A stretch of 64,000 nucleotides of DNA, from positions 186,001-250,000 of the forward strand of contig OZ287088.1 of assembly GCA_965645245.1 (NCBI GenBank), written 5' to 3'. The notes under the pieces are model-generated. The model searched no databases, was not told where the DNA came from, and saw only the letters and a list, made by a program, of their open reading frames with translations. Both the position numbers and the translations under genes were made by a program. Below are positions 37,836 through 49,457 of the stretch, in pieces; the first letter of the stretch is position 1; every line of letters begins with the position of its first letter. The DNA is from Massalongia carnosa (taxonomy: Eukaryota).

Positions 37836-39895
37836 ATGCCTCATTCACATTCTCCTTCTCATTCGCATCCTCATTTCGTTGTCTCCTGCAAGCCTGGATG
37901 GAGTAAGCATAACTTTGCTGCAAGAAGCAAGCCTATTTCCTATCCTATCTTGTAGGTCATCTTCGGACCCTCTGCGTGCTCGCGTCGAAAATTGCCTTGG
38001 CGAGACCCATTGTGATTACGTGTTTAATCGTCAACATCGCCGCCATTGCGGATAAGGTCGCCGCTGAGGTAGCACGTTGCTTGGAAGAAGAAGACGCTCC
38101 GAAAGGAGAAGTGAGGTTCGGCGTTAGCTCCTCCTACCAGAGCGATGGAACGTTGAAGCTGAAAAGCACGTACATAGAATTGTGTCTGTCGGACCCAACC
38201 CTATGAACGCTGACACAAGCTCTGAAATTGATAGCTTTCGTTCAATCTGGGATCTTCTGATCAATGAATTGCCTGTGAAATGCGCCAGTTCTGGCGCTAA
38301 GTATCCCGCAGCTGCTCGTCCTTCGCTTGTTATACTTGACGTAAAATCAGTGTCAATTTTCGAACGTCGTCCTATGTCAAACAAAATGATCCTCATGTTA
38401 GATTCTTCTAGGGTTTTCAAATTTCGTGGCTCTCTGCAATACGATCCGCTCAATCGCCCCCTCCCATAATGCAATGGATGATGGGTTTCTCGGGTGGTTA
38501 TTTATCTATCGTAGGCCCGAAAGAGATGGGGGGAAGAGGTGATTATTTTCGTGCGTTCGATGAAGAAAACCTGAGCTCCTCCAGAGAATTGGATTACGAC
38601 ATCAAAGGCAGTGTGATTTGCATCCCTGGGATGCCGCCTATGTACGATTGGGAGTTTTTCCCCCAAGATTTGTCCCAGCAAAGGAAGAAAGTTCTGGCCG
38701 CAGAGATGACCTTGTCAAAGTATACCAGCAGTGCATCATTTGGAGTTGATACCTCCTAACCGGAAAATTCCATAGGTTTATAAACGAAGCCGATGGTCTG
38801 CTTACGAGTTGCGCTTTGGACTACGATGGAGAGGATTGCCTGAAAACCATGTCGGCATGGATAAAACAGATCAATGATAGACCTACCTTTCACCTGGGTC
38901 CCATGATGCCATTCAAGCCCGGAACTACTGAGTTCTCCGAGGCCTCTTTGGATGCGGAGATCGCGGCGGCAGCAAGCAGGATCCCTGGTCAGGTCTCCCG
39001 TTATTTGAACCAGGCTTATGAGCAGTATGGGGAAAGTAGCGTAATTTATATCAGCTTCGGAACCGAACATTGGTACGTTTAAGTCGGAAATTTCTCAAAC
39101 TGAGCAATGTTTTATTTACAAAGCGATAGGCCTTCCACAACGAGTCACTTGTGCATTTTACTCTCTTCATTGGAGCGACGAGGGATCCCTTTTGTAAGAA
39201 ATCTTTGTGATCTCTGATTGTGACGACAACTTGACTAACTATTCGCAATTCTCGTATTTAATAGCTACTGGCACATGCATGCCCTAAGTCGAAGATTCCT
39301 GATGATATGAGAGAACGTTTTAAGGATTCCACATTCGCATTTTTAACACCTTGGGCTCCGCAGCAAGCAGTGCTAGCTCATAAGGCAAGTTCTATATTTT
39401 CCAAGATGGGTGTGATATCGTCTTATCATCGCTAGGCCTGCGGCTGGTTTGTCACCCATGGAGGAGCAAACGGAACTATGGAAGCTGTGAGCCAAGGCGT
39501 TCCAATGTATATTCCTACTTGGCTTTATTTTACAGAAGATATGAGCTCACGATCACTCCAGGATTGGCTGGCCATTCGCCGTGGATCAGCCGATGAACAT
39601 AAAACGACTGGTTCACGACCTTGACGTTGCGTTTGAACTCATGGAAGTGCGAACCGGGGCTTTGGGTCTCAAGCCCATCTTCACAACGGGGAAGACTCCT
39701 CTAGGCACGGCCGAGGCGTTTGAAAAAGAGCTGAATGGAATCTTGGACGCTTTAGAAGGTGAGGCAGGCGCTAGGAAAAGAGCAAATGTTCAAAAAATCC
39801 GGAAAAGATTGGCGGAAGCATGGGGGAAAACTGGCGAGGCAAGGCGAGCTTTTGAGCAGTTCCTAGACCATTTTGGAAATCCTTGTAGAGCTTAG
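37836..39895 (+). CDS. UDP-glycosyltransferase (GT1 family), multi-exon, apparently intact
   Basis: N-terminal PGW-SH with the expected catalytic His, VIYISFGT, and a PSPG-like box [44 protein letters not shown]. Exons join in frame across short introns, one with a GC donor. Confidence 0.88.
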
Positions 39896-40059
39896 AGATA
39901 GATTGTTGCATTGTGTCATGGTTTGACTCCTTGTTCCCTAAACATAGATCACCGGTCGAGCGTTGATCATCTGGGTCACTAAACATGTCGATTCGGCTCA
40001 GCGGAGCGACAGTTCAAAAGGATCACAGGAGCAACAGTAGTCAACAGCTTTTTGGTTAT

Positions 40060-40217
40060 TGTGACGAAGCTAGAGAGTGAATAGATTTCTATCATAGTCC
40101 CGGCAAAAGGCAAACTACTTAGTCCGCAGACTAAGCTCTAATCTACTATAATTAGTGATTCGCGTTATGTGCACGATAAGTTCTAACGTCCGGATCACGC
40201 ATAATCGAATCATTACA
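40060..40217. mobile_element. Solo LTR related to the one nested in the TIR element
   Basis: tgtgacgaagc...cattaca; shares tacttagtccgcagac..agctcta with 58758-58927; near-TSD gttat/gttac. Confidence 0.7.
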
Positions 40218-40394
40218 GTTACAAGAAAACGTACAATTTAAAATTTGCTTGTAGTTTAAGTTTATAATAATTAATGTCAGGATTCTGATCAAATCGATAA
40301 ATTGATATTTTTACTTGAATTTGTTTTCTTTAATTATTAAATTAAAGAATTGTTAATTATTGTTACGTTGCGTAACGGGTCGGGTTACCCGTCA

Positions 40395-43300
40395 AAGAAT
40401 GCCGGCAAAGGGAGCAACTTCTTGGGATGACAATCAACTAAGGGAAAGTCTTCATACTCCCCCTCTCATCAAATCAAGAAAACCGAGGATCCGAGCACCG
40501 AACCCGCCCCGACGATCGTGAAACCAACAGGTTGGACAGGTGCTTGGTACGATCCAGACCCGAATCCAAAGAAACTGGAGAACGACGATCGGGAAACCCT
40601 GTCCGCTCAAGGTAGATGTTGGGCTTGCAGGGGATCGGGACATCGGGGAAGCGATTCAATATGTCCTCAGCACAAAACGAGGAAACTCAACGCCATGAAA
40701 ACAATAGAAACCGATTCCGGTTCTGAATCGGACTCGGGGAAAGCTTAGTCCTTGATCAAAATCGCGATCAAGGACTCTCAGAGGGGGATGTTGTTAATGA
40801 GAACGGTGAAGCTGAAATAAAGAGTGTTAGGGTCTCTACTTGTGCTGTCCACGATACTGAAAAGAAAATCGAGGGCAAGCATTTAGTATTTAAAACTAGC
40901 ATAGCTGGGATTAAAACCCGTTTACTTGTCGATAATGGAGGTGAAGCCGAACTCATTGACGAATCCTTTGCGCGTATTCATAAAGTAAACACCTTCAAAC
41001 TGGACAAGAAGGTGAAACTTACTCTTGATAACGGAGAAGTAGTCCAAATTCTCACCAAAGCTGCTCTGATCGAGATAAAGATCGGAGATCATGGAGAACA
41101 AGTCCGGTGCTATTTAGCAAAACTTCATACGTACTCAGTTATTTTAGGGGATGGGTGGCTACAAACCCATAACCCGAGTATTCACTGGAAAGAAGCGAAC
41201 TATGAAGTTCAACTCTTCAAATTGTTTAGAAAAAGGATGTCTCACACGGGGGATAACTTGCACCGAGTTTGCCATAGGTAGCAAGGTCAAAGACAGGATT
41301 GAGCCAAAGGGGGACATAGAAGTTCTCCCAGTTAGCGCGAAGCACTTCTTTCGCATGGCTAAAAAGAAGGATCATGAAGGATATCTGTGGATTCCTCAAG
41401 AGAAGACAAAAGCCTGTTGTGCGACAACCACAGGGGCTGTAACATCAGGAGATTACGACAAGTTCATGAAAGGCAAACCGGAATCCACTTGCGAGGAGTT
41501 GTTGAAGAGAGTCCCAGCAGTCTATCATAGCGTAATAGATGTTTTCATGAAGCACAAGGCGGATGAACTACCTGAACATCGAAAGGAGGATCATTCGATA
41601 ATCCTCGAAACAGGAAAAGAAGCTCCATACGTAAGGAACTATAAACCCATGTCAGAACAAGAACTGGAAGCGGTTAAAAAATACATCGATGAGCATCTGG
41701 GAAAAGGCTTCATCCCTTCTAGTTCTTCAAGCGCAGCAGCCCCGGTCCTTCTAGCTAGAAAACTAGGGGGTGGTATAAGATTCTGCGTAGATTATAGAGC
41801 CTTGAACTCCATCACGATCAAGAACAGATATCCAATACCGTTGATAAATGAGACATTAGGGAAACTCTCACAAGCCAAGAAGTTCACAAAGCTAGATGTG
41901 ATTACTGCGTTCAATCGTATGAGAATGAAGGGAGGCCATGAGTGGCTCACAGCTTTCAATACTAGATATGGCCAGTTCGAATATTTGGTAATGCCGTTCG
42001 GTCTTTGCAACGCTCCAGGAACCTTTCAAAGCTTCATAAACGATACAGTCAGAGAATACTTAGACGTTTTCTGCACGGCGTATTTGGACGACGTCTTAAT
42101 TTACAGCGAAAACGAAGAAGAGTATTCCGAACAAGTGCTAAAAGTTCTAACTCGATTAAAGGAGAAAGGACTGCAAGTGGACATAGACAAATGCGAATTC
42201 TCTGTGACAGAAGTGAAATATCTTGGGTTGATAGTTACCACCGATGGAATAAAGATGGACTCGGAGAAAATCGAGGCGATTCTAAAATGGGAGACCCCAG
42301 GCTCCGTTAAAGATGTGCAAGCATTCTTAGGCTTTGCAAATTTCTACCGACGATTTATATCAAGGTTCTCGCAACGAACGAGATCGTTAACAGAGTTAAC
42401 AAAGGGCAAGCAAATAACGACGAAGTCAGGAAAGAAACGAACTAGATACAATTCATTCGTTTGGTCTGAAGACTGTAAAATAGCCTTCAAAGATTTAAAG
42501 AATGCGTTCACCACCGCTCCCGTCTTAGCACATTACGATCCGGCCTTGGAAACATGGGTCGAGACTGACTCCTCAGATTTTGTTAGCGCCGGGGTACTCT
42601 CAAATGCACGATGGAATACTGAAATCGGTAGCCTATTTCTCCAAGAAGATGACTCCTGCCGAGTGTAATTATATGATTTATGATAAGGAACTCCTCGCCA
42701 TTGTGAAGAGCTTCGAAGTCTGGCGTCCCGAGGTCGCAAGTGCTGCTCCTAATAAACCTATTAAAGTATACACCGATCACAAGAATCTAGAGCACTTCAT
42801 GACCACGAAACAGCTGAACAGAAGGCAAGCCAGATGGGCCGAATTTCTTTCCGAATTCAATTTCAAGATAATGTATCGACCGGGAAAGCAAGGAGAGAAA
42901 CCGGACACGCTGACCCGACGCTCTCAAGACCTCCCAAAGGGATTCGAGAATATAAAAAAGCAACATCAATTCCAAACGCTGCTGCAAGAGCATCAACTAG
43001 ATGACGATACACGAAAAGCACTAGCAGTCGTGTTCTGCTCGAACATAGCAGACGCCAACGACGACAACGACGATAACGATCAAGGTAAGCAAACCAATGC
43101 CACCGAAGAAGGCGCAACAGAATCAGGAGAACCCAACGCAGAACATACACCAGCGACTGATGAAACCGAGAATTCAGTAACGAAGACTTTGGAGGAACTA
43201 ATTGAAGAAGCTTACGAAAGAGACGAAACGGTTCAAGACATTATAGCAGCAAAGAAAAAGGAACTGAGAAAGCTCCCATTGAACCTCATAAAAAGAGGGA

Positions 43301-44330
43301 TAAAGCTACCAATGGGGGACCTCAAAATAGAGAATGACAAGCTGTATGTCAAAGAAAGACTATACGTACCAGATTACGAGCCATTGCAATTACATTTATT
43401 GCAAAAGCATCACGAACCACCATTACAGGGCCACCCAGGATACAAAAGTATGTATCAAACAATGAGAGAAAATTATTTCTGGTTCGAGATGAAGGAGCAC
43501 TGCAAGAGATACGCAGTTAACTGCTCTGTATGCCGAAGATCAAAAGTATACAACGACAAGAAGCAAGGCCTGTTGAATCCTCTTCCCATCCCAAATAGAA
43601 AATGGATGGACGTATCATTGGACTTCGTTGAATTCCTCCCAGAATGCCGAAGACAAAATAGAGTCTATCAGCACATATTACTGATAGTAGATCGATTAAC
43701 GAAAAGACGATTATACGAACCACTAACCTCTCTCTCTACGGACGAACTGATGGACGCAAAGTCCAGTAGATTATTCTCCTCTTACGGATTCCCTATATCA
43801 ACAGTCAACGACCGCGGTAGCCAACTAACCGCTCACCTATGGAAAAGAGTTTGCGAAAGATACGGGGTGAAAATAAAGTTCTCTTCTACACATCATCCCG
43901 AGACGGACGGTCAAACCGAAAACGCCAATAAGGTAATGAAAAACTGCCTTCGAGCATACGTCAGTTATACACAAGACAACTGGGTGGACTATCTCTCAGA
44001 CGCCGAGTTTGCCGCCAACAACCATGTAAACGTATCCACGGGAATGACCCCATTCTTTGCAGATCATGGCTATCACCCACGCTGTGGCATCGAACCACCA
44101 GGCACATACGAAGGGAAAGGAAAAGCAGAGATATTGCACGCTGACAGGATCATAGAAAGGCAAGAAGCCATGCGGACCTGGCTTCGAGATCAGTTAGCCT
44201 GGGCTCAGGAAGAACAAACACGGCACGCAAACAAAGGCCGTCAACCCCATCCCGAATACAAGATCGGAGACATGGTTTATGTAAACGCCAAGCACTTTGC
44301 TTCCGAAAGACCTAGTAGATCATTAAGTTT
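40395..44330 (+). mobile_element. Gypsy/chromovirus internal fragment
   Basis: gag knuckle, protease, RT ORF 41151-42668 (AYLDD) and RNase H-integrase ORF 42580-44355. No LTRs; it joins abruptly to a pogo transposase. Confidence 0.92.
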
Positions 44331-44333
44331 CAC

Positions 44334-46019
44334 ATGCCTGAATCTTATACTATAATTGAAAATCGTATTGCAAAGGCCATTGACGCCTTAAACTCACGCA
44401 AAAACGCCAAACTCAGTGCAATTGCGCGAGAATTTAATGTGCCTAGAGGAAGACTTCGTTCTCGGGTCAAAGGGGTGTCATCTAAAACGAAAGTACGAGG
44501 ACTACATAATAGACGTATAAAACCCGATCAGGAGTTGGCCCTACGTCTATATCTTTTGAAACTGGATTCTTTGGACATTCCGGCTCGTCTGCATATGGTA
44601 GAAGTGGCTGCATACTCTATTCTTCGTCAGACGGCTTCCGATTCGACGCCTCCTCCTCCTCTCGGCTCGCATTGGATCAAAAGATGGCTAAAACGTCAGT
44701 CAGATCTTTACAAGGTTAAACGTAAGCCTCTAGCTGCTGAGCGCAAAAATGCGCATGATTTGAAGTTATTGATAGGGCATTTTGAAAAAAATCAAGAAGT
44801 AGTGAACAAGTATGGAATAAATCCGAAGGATCAGTGGAATTTTGATGAAACTGGGTTTCGTATTGGTATGGCACGAAGTGATTGGATAATCACAGCAGAT
44901 TCTGCTCGACAATCATACAGTTCCGATCCATCAAATCGAGAATCGCTGACAGCGGTGGAGTGTATCAACGGGGTTGGTCAGGACATTCCCCCATTTTTAA
45001 TTGTGTCTAGCATCAACATCCTCGCTCCCTGGGTCAAAAACGATCTGAGCAATGATGTAGTCATTTCTACAGCTGAATCGGGCTGTACAAATGACTGGTT
45101 GAGTTTGCAATGGATCAAGCATTTCGACAAACACACTGAAAAAATAAGAGAGGGGGCTTGGAGACTTTTGATAATGGACGGTTATAGATCTCATCATACT
45201 CGAGAATTTCTAGAATATTGTGAAACGAAAAACATCATTCCATTCGGATTACCATCTCATACCACACATCTCTTACAACCATTGGATGTGTGTGTTTTTC
45301 AACCTCTGAAACACTGGCATTCCGAGGCCGTCAATGAAGCAATTCAGAATGGAGATCAAACCTTTTCCAAAGTCGAATTTCTGAATGCATTTAGCAAGTT
45401 TCGATCGCTGGCTTTTAAACCTTCCACCATACAGTCTGCTTGGAGAAAAACAGGCTTGATTCCGTTCAATCCAGGCATTGTTCTCGACAAAGTTCGAGAA
45501 CTTCTTCCTCCCCCTCCTCGTGAGTCAACTCCGTCTCATACAGCCCCCCTATCTGTACAAGAAACCCCTCGAACCGTGCGACAGTTGGCCACAGTAGCCA
45601 CAGAAATCATGACGCATTCAGCTTGCTCGGATGACCTCGTACAAATTGTTAGCAAATTTGTAAAGGGAGCTGTTGCCGAGGTTCGAAAAGGCGATCTTCT
45701 GGAACAACGCTGGGAACAACAAATCAAGGCCCAAACTGCTTGGAAAGCTCGTAAACGAGAGGCCAATAAGATTCTTCATCACGGAGGCGTACTTACTGTT
45801 GGTGAGGCCCGTTCAATGGTTCGTGGTAGGGAGGAGCAGGAGGAGATAAGGGAGAAAGAGCGAAACGTCGCATGGGAAAAGCGTTATTGTACGGCTCTTA
45901 CCAAAGTGGTTAGGCAGTCAAAAGCGCATAGAAAGATGCTTATAACTAGAAGCATGAATAGTCACAAAAGATGGATGATGATCATGAAGGAATTGCTGAA
46001 AACCCCCCGATGTATGTAG
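44334..46019 (+). CDS. pogo/Fot1-type DDE transposase (561 aa), left terminus missing
   Basis: AREFNVPRGRLRSR HTH, NFDETGF, LIMDGYRSH and LQPLDV motifs. The ATG lies about 3 nt from Gypsy sequence, so no 5' TIR remains. Confidence 0.88.
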   Translation: MPESYTIIENRIAKAIDALNSRKNAKLSAIAREFNVPRGRLRSRVKGVSSKTKVRGLHNRRIKPDQELALRLYLLKLDSLDIPARLHMVEVAAYSILRQTASDSTPPPPLGSHWIKRWLKRQSDLYKVKRKPLAAERKNAHDLKLLIGHFEKNQEVVNKYGINPKDQWNFDETGFRIGMARSDWIITADSARQSYSSDPSNRESLTAVECINGVGQDIPPFLIVSSINILAPWVKNDLSNDVVISTAESGCTNDWLSLQWIKHFDKHTEKIREGAWRLLIMDGYRSHHTREFLEYCETKNIIPFGLPSHTTHLLQPLDVCVFQPLKHWHSEAVNEAIQNGDQTFSKVEFLNAFSKFRSLAFKPSTIQSAWRKTGLIPFNPGIVLDKVRELLPPPPRESTPSHTAPLSVQETPRTVRQLATVATEIMTHSACSDDLVQIVSKFVKGAVAEVRKGDLLEQRWEQQIKAQTAWKARKREANKILHHGGVLTVGEARSMVRGREEQEEIREKERNVAWEKRYCTALTKVVRQSKAHRKMLITRSMNSHKRWMMIMKELLKTPRCM

Positions 46020-46520
46020 AATAGTTGATTTTTGGCTGTATGGCTGGTCCTGGCTGTATGGCTGGCTAGCACTAAGTAAGCGAGTCGACCGAGCGCAAGT
46101 GTGGGGCACGAATAAGCAATCTAAACTCGAATAAATTATTATTACTTCGCTTAATATAAGATGATTATTTAAAGAAGTCTGCTTTATTAACAATTCTTCA
46201 TCTTATACATTAGAGTTATAAACATTGTTATTTATTATATTATCATAATCATATACTTAATTCAACAAACTCGATGTAAGATTCAAAGGGGCTGTCATTC
46301 CGCCACAGGGGAATGGAGGCTTGGCTCTACTCATTATATAGCAGTCACATTGGAGACCTTGCGGCGATCTCTTACATAGGAAGTCAGTTGGTTTACTGAA
46401 TTTCGGCACTCGGAGGTCACTCCGGTTCCCGTGTTAGCGTCGCTGAAGATAAGCACTTGATGGATGCTCATGATGATATGTCATACGATAGTTTCGATAG
46501 TTACATCTCGAGAGCCTCGA

Positions 46521-47954
46521 TCAATCATCATCCTCGTCATTTTCATCTTCATTATCTTCATCATTCTCATCTTCATCATTCTCATCTTCATCATTCTCAT
46601 CTTTCTCATATTCCCAATCGTCCTCATCATCCCCACCGACCTTTTTCCTCTCCAACACATCATGAACCTGCACAGCAACCTTTCGCTCCTCTATTGGTGA
46701 ACGCGGTTCCGGAAACGTATCAGAATCGATGCTTCCGTTCACGATCTTCTCCGCCTGCATAACGTCCCCGATTTCGAGAGCCAAAGCTTGAATCACGCCT
46801 GCGCGCATCCATTTGCCGGGAGTCCCCCAGATTCTCCCCATTTGAATTTTTTCTTGATCTTTTTCGCATCCTGACACCATGTATCGATGACGGCGAAAGA
46901 GTGTGATGAGACAATGAAAGTACAAGTTTCTCTTCTTGGGTCGCGATTCAGTTTTGAACACGAGCTTCTCGTGATTCAGTTCTCGATATAGCGGTCCGCC
47001 CGAGCAGCTTGGTGTGTCCAACAACGAGTCATCGAGCACGACCAATTGCAGTTCGTTTTCACAGTCTCCATGAGGCACGATGACGATGCGAGCGTTGTCG
47101 AAATGCTTCTCGATTCTCGGATGAAGAATGAGCCCGTTGTCGAACCACCAAAGAACCTTCCAACCCTTGTCCAAAGGAACTCCGAAAATGTACGAGGCGT
47201 TAAACTCTCCGATTGCGTGAGGAACAATGTGTGCCGCCCTCATGTTGGACGATTCATGCCATTTCCGTGTCACAGGACACCACAACATCGACAGCTTCTT
47301 CTCTGGAGGATCAAATTCGGCCGTTCCCTGCTCCGGTGTGTACGCCTTTCGGAGCATGTTTCGAAATGACTCCTGATCATGTTTGTTGCGAGCCCCGGGA
47401 TTTTTGATTCTGGCGCCGGCAGGCTCGGAGAGACTGCCCACCAATGCCATCAAGTACGCTTGACCAATCCGCGCATGAGTGGGATGAACTAGAATGTCGC
47501 GTTCAAGTTTCAATCGATTGCGGGCCAACGCCGCTCGCTCGCGTAAGATGTCTGCGTCATTTTCCTCCACGCCTGAAAGAAGTCTTTTATAGATGCGCTT
47601 GTCGAGAGATTTCGTATCATGCTTCTCTCGCAACGCATTGCGACATGCTCGATTATGAGATGCCATGGCTTCCAATAACGGCTCTCGATTCTTCACATAT
47701 CGTTCTGCGCGGCTTGGACTAAACGACTCAAGTATCTCCTGACTTGAGGCGGACGCTGTTCTTGCTCGTTCTTTGAGCTTTTCTCTCTGCTCGGCGAGTT
47801 CATGGCTAAGTTTGCGATAATCAGGCTCCGTAGATTTCGAAAAACGTACAATTGGATCTACGAGCGCTGCTGAGAGACTTTCCCGCTGCTTGCGACGCTT
47901 CTCGTCGCGATTAGAAATTCCGCCAAAGCTTAATGAAGCGATGTGTTGAGTCAT
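46521..47954 (-). CDS. HNH-endonuclease-domain protein (fungal HNH_2 type) with coiled-coil N-terminus and acidic tail
   Basis: WCPVT..RAAHIVPH..NGLILHPRIEKHFD..IVIVP..RPKKRNLYFH; intronless ORF; first ATG at 47954. Confidence 0.75.
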   Translation of the reverse strand: MTQHIASLSFGGISNRDEKRRKQRESLSAALVDPIVRFSKSTEPDYRKLSHELAEQREKLKERARTASASSQEILESFSPSRAERYVKNREPLLEAMASHNRACRNALREKHDTKSLDKRIYKRLLSGVEENDADILRERAALARNRLKLERDILVHPTHARIGQAYLMALVGSLSEPAGARIKNPGARNKHDQESFRNMLRKAYTPEQGTAEFDPPEKKLSMLWCPVTRKWHESSNMRAAHIVPHAIGEFNASYIFGVPLDKGWKVLWWFDNGLILHPRIEKHFDNARIVIVPHGDCENELQLVVLDDSLLDTPSCSGGPLYRELNHEKLVFKTESRPKKRNLYFHCLITLFRRHRYMVSGCEKDQEKIQMGRIWGTPGKWMRAGVIQALALEIGDVMQAEKIVNGSIDSDTFPEPRSPIEERKVAVQVHDVLERKKVGGDDEDDWEYEKDENDEDENDEDENDEDNEDENDEDDD

Positions 47955-48305
47955 CCGTGCTATTGAAATGGAATTGGGAAGTTTGATCAATCAAGGATTC
48001 TTGGTTTAAGCATGAAGAGTCGAGCAAGTTGGGCTCTGATTGCGGACAGGTTACTTTCTATCTACGCTTTGTAAAAGGAAAGGAAAGAGGAAACGGGGGG
48101 ACCATGGCAACGCAGTCTGGAATCATGACTAATATATCTCGACTTACACTTGATCGCATGTGATACGCGTGACGAAATCATTCAAAAAAACTCATTGACA
48201 CATGTTTGCGCATGAGCTTTCACATTTGTTATAATATACATATCAAAGAAAATTTTAACTTCTCGAAGCAAGTTCAACAATGCGTTCGACGTTTAAGGCC
48301 GAAGC

Positions 48306-48755
48306 TGTTACGGTCTACCTAATTTAGAGACTAGCCATAGGGACGCCATGAACGAAGATAATAAAGATAAAGAGGGAAGAAAGACTCGAAAGGTCGGACT
48401 CTGTTAAATATATAAGGGTCAAAAGGCATAATCAGGGAATTGGGTAGATGTTGATTGTATTGTGGAGGATGTAGTGGGAATCTATCTAAGGGGGGAGGCC
48501 ACGTGTCTAGTCGGGCCGGAATAACCCTTCGGATATATCATCCTGAGTTACCACTGATATTTAGGATTAGTTATCCTATAATTTGACAGACTCATCTCCT
48601 AAAAAGCAACGCGCTCTCTAATCCTCATACAGTAGGGTCGCGAAAGAATTTTCCGCGCAATCTCGTGACTCCTGCCAGCCGGCCAGGTCCATCTACGGTT
48701 TCCGTAGGTGCTCGATCAGGCTTAGTTCCTACAGGCAAAGGATAGAATCGTGACA
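48306..48755. mobile_element. Probable solo LTR (~450 bp)
   Basis: tgttacg...cgtgaca inverted termini; the flanks gaagc/agagc match only imperfectly. Confidence 0.55.
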
Positions 48756-48916
48756 AGAGCTATGTAATCCATAAAAGCCTGATGTTCGTCACATTACATA
48801 AATTAAAAACACCTCATTCTTTATTCAAATAAGATGGTCGTATTTGGAAATCAAACGACAAAAGCATCTATATACGCTGTGGAAGGATGAACTGGGTGGT
48901 GTGCGTGGTCTACTAC

Positions 48917-49141
48917 TGCTAGGAGTGCAAGAGATCAAATAAACAAGAGAAGAACAGAACAATAGAATAAGAAAATAGCTAGACTGATCACTTTATGCCT
49001 CGCGCCTCGTGCCCGCCTCGTGCATCGTGCATGTGAACTGTATGTGTTGATGCTATGTGTTGTGTAGCTGTTGTTACGAGCATGCTTGTTCTATGTCTAA
49101 AAGGAAAAGAACTATCTATCCCTCTCGCTGTCATTCTAGCA
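48917..49141 (-). mobile_element. 3' LTR of another retrotransposon with adjacent PPT
   Basis: tgctag...ctagca termini with a minus-strand aggggggg PPT directly upstream. Its start (tagaatgacagcgagagggatag) also occurs at about 939-961. Confidence 0.7.
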
Positions 49142-49457
49142 CCCCCCCTGTTACAGCGATACTCAGTACTGCTAGCTAGCGGGCGCAATACATGAGCGCC
49201 TAAGGAGGTACGGTGACGTACCGGGCACCTATATGTAGTGTAATAAGCGGTAGTGTCTCCACAGGAGAACTACCATAGTACTCAGTGGCTTAGGTGACTT
49301 ATTACCACCCCTGTTACACCCCCAAGCTAAGGTTAGAAAGCGCTAAACCTTAAAATTTTGACCAATCAATGTTATTCCTATTCACAAGAAGTTCATATTC
49401 ATATGTACGGAGTATCAGATACCTATTTACTCGTCCCCCATCATATGAATAGCTTCC

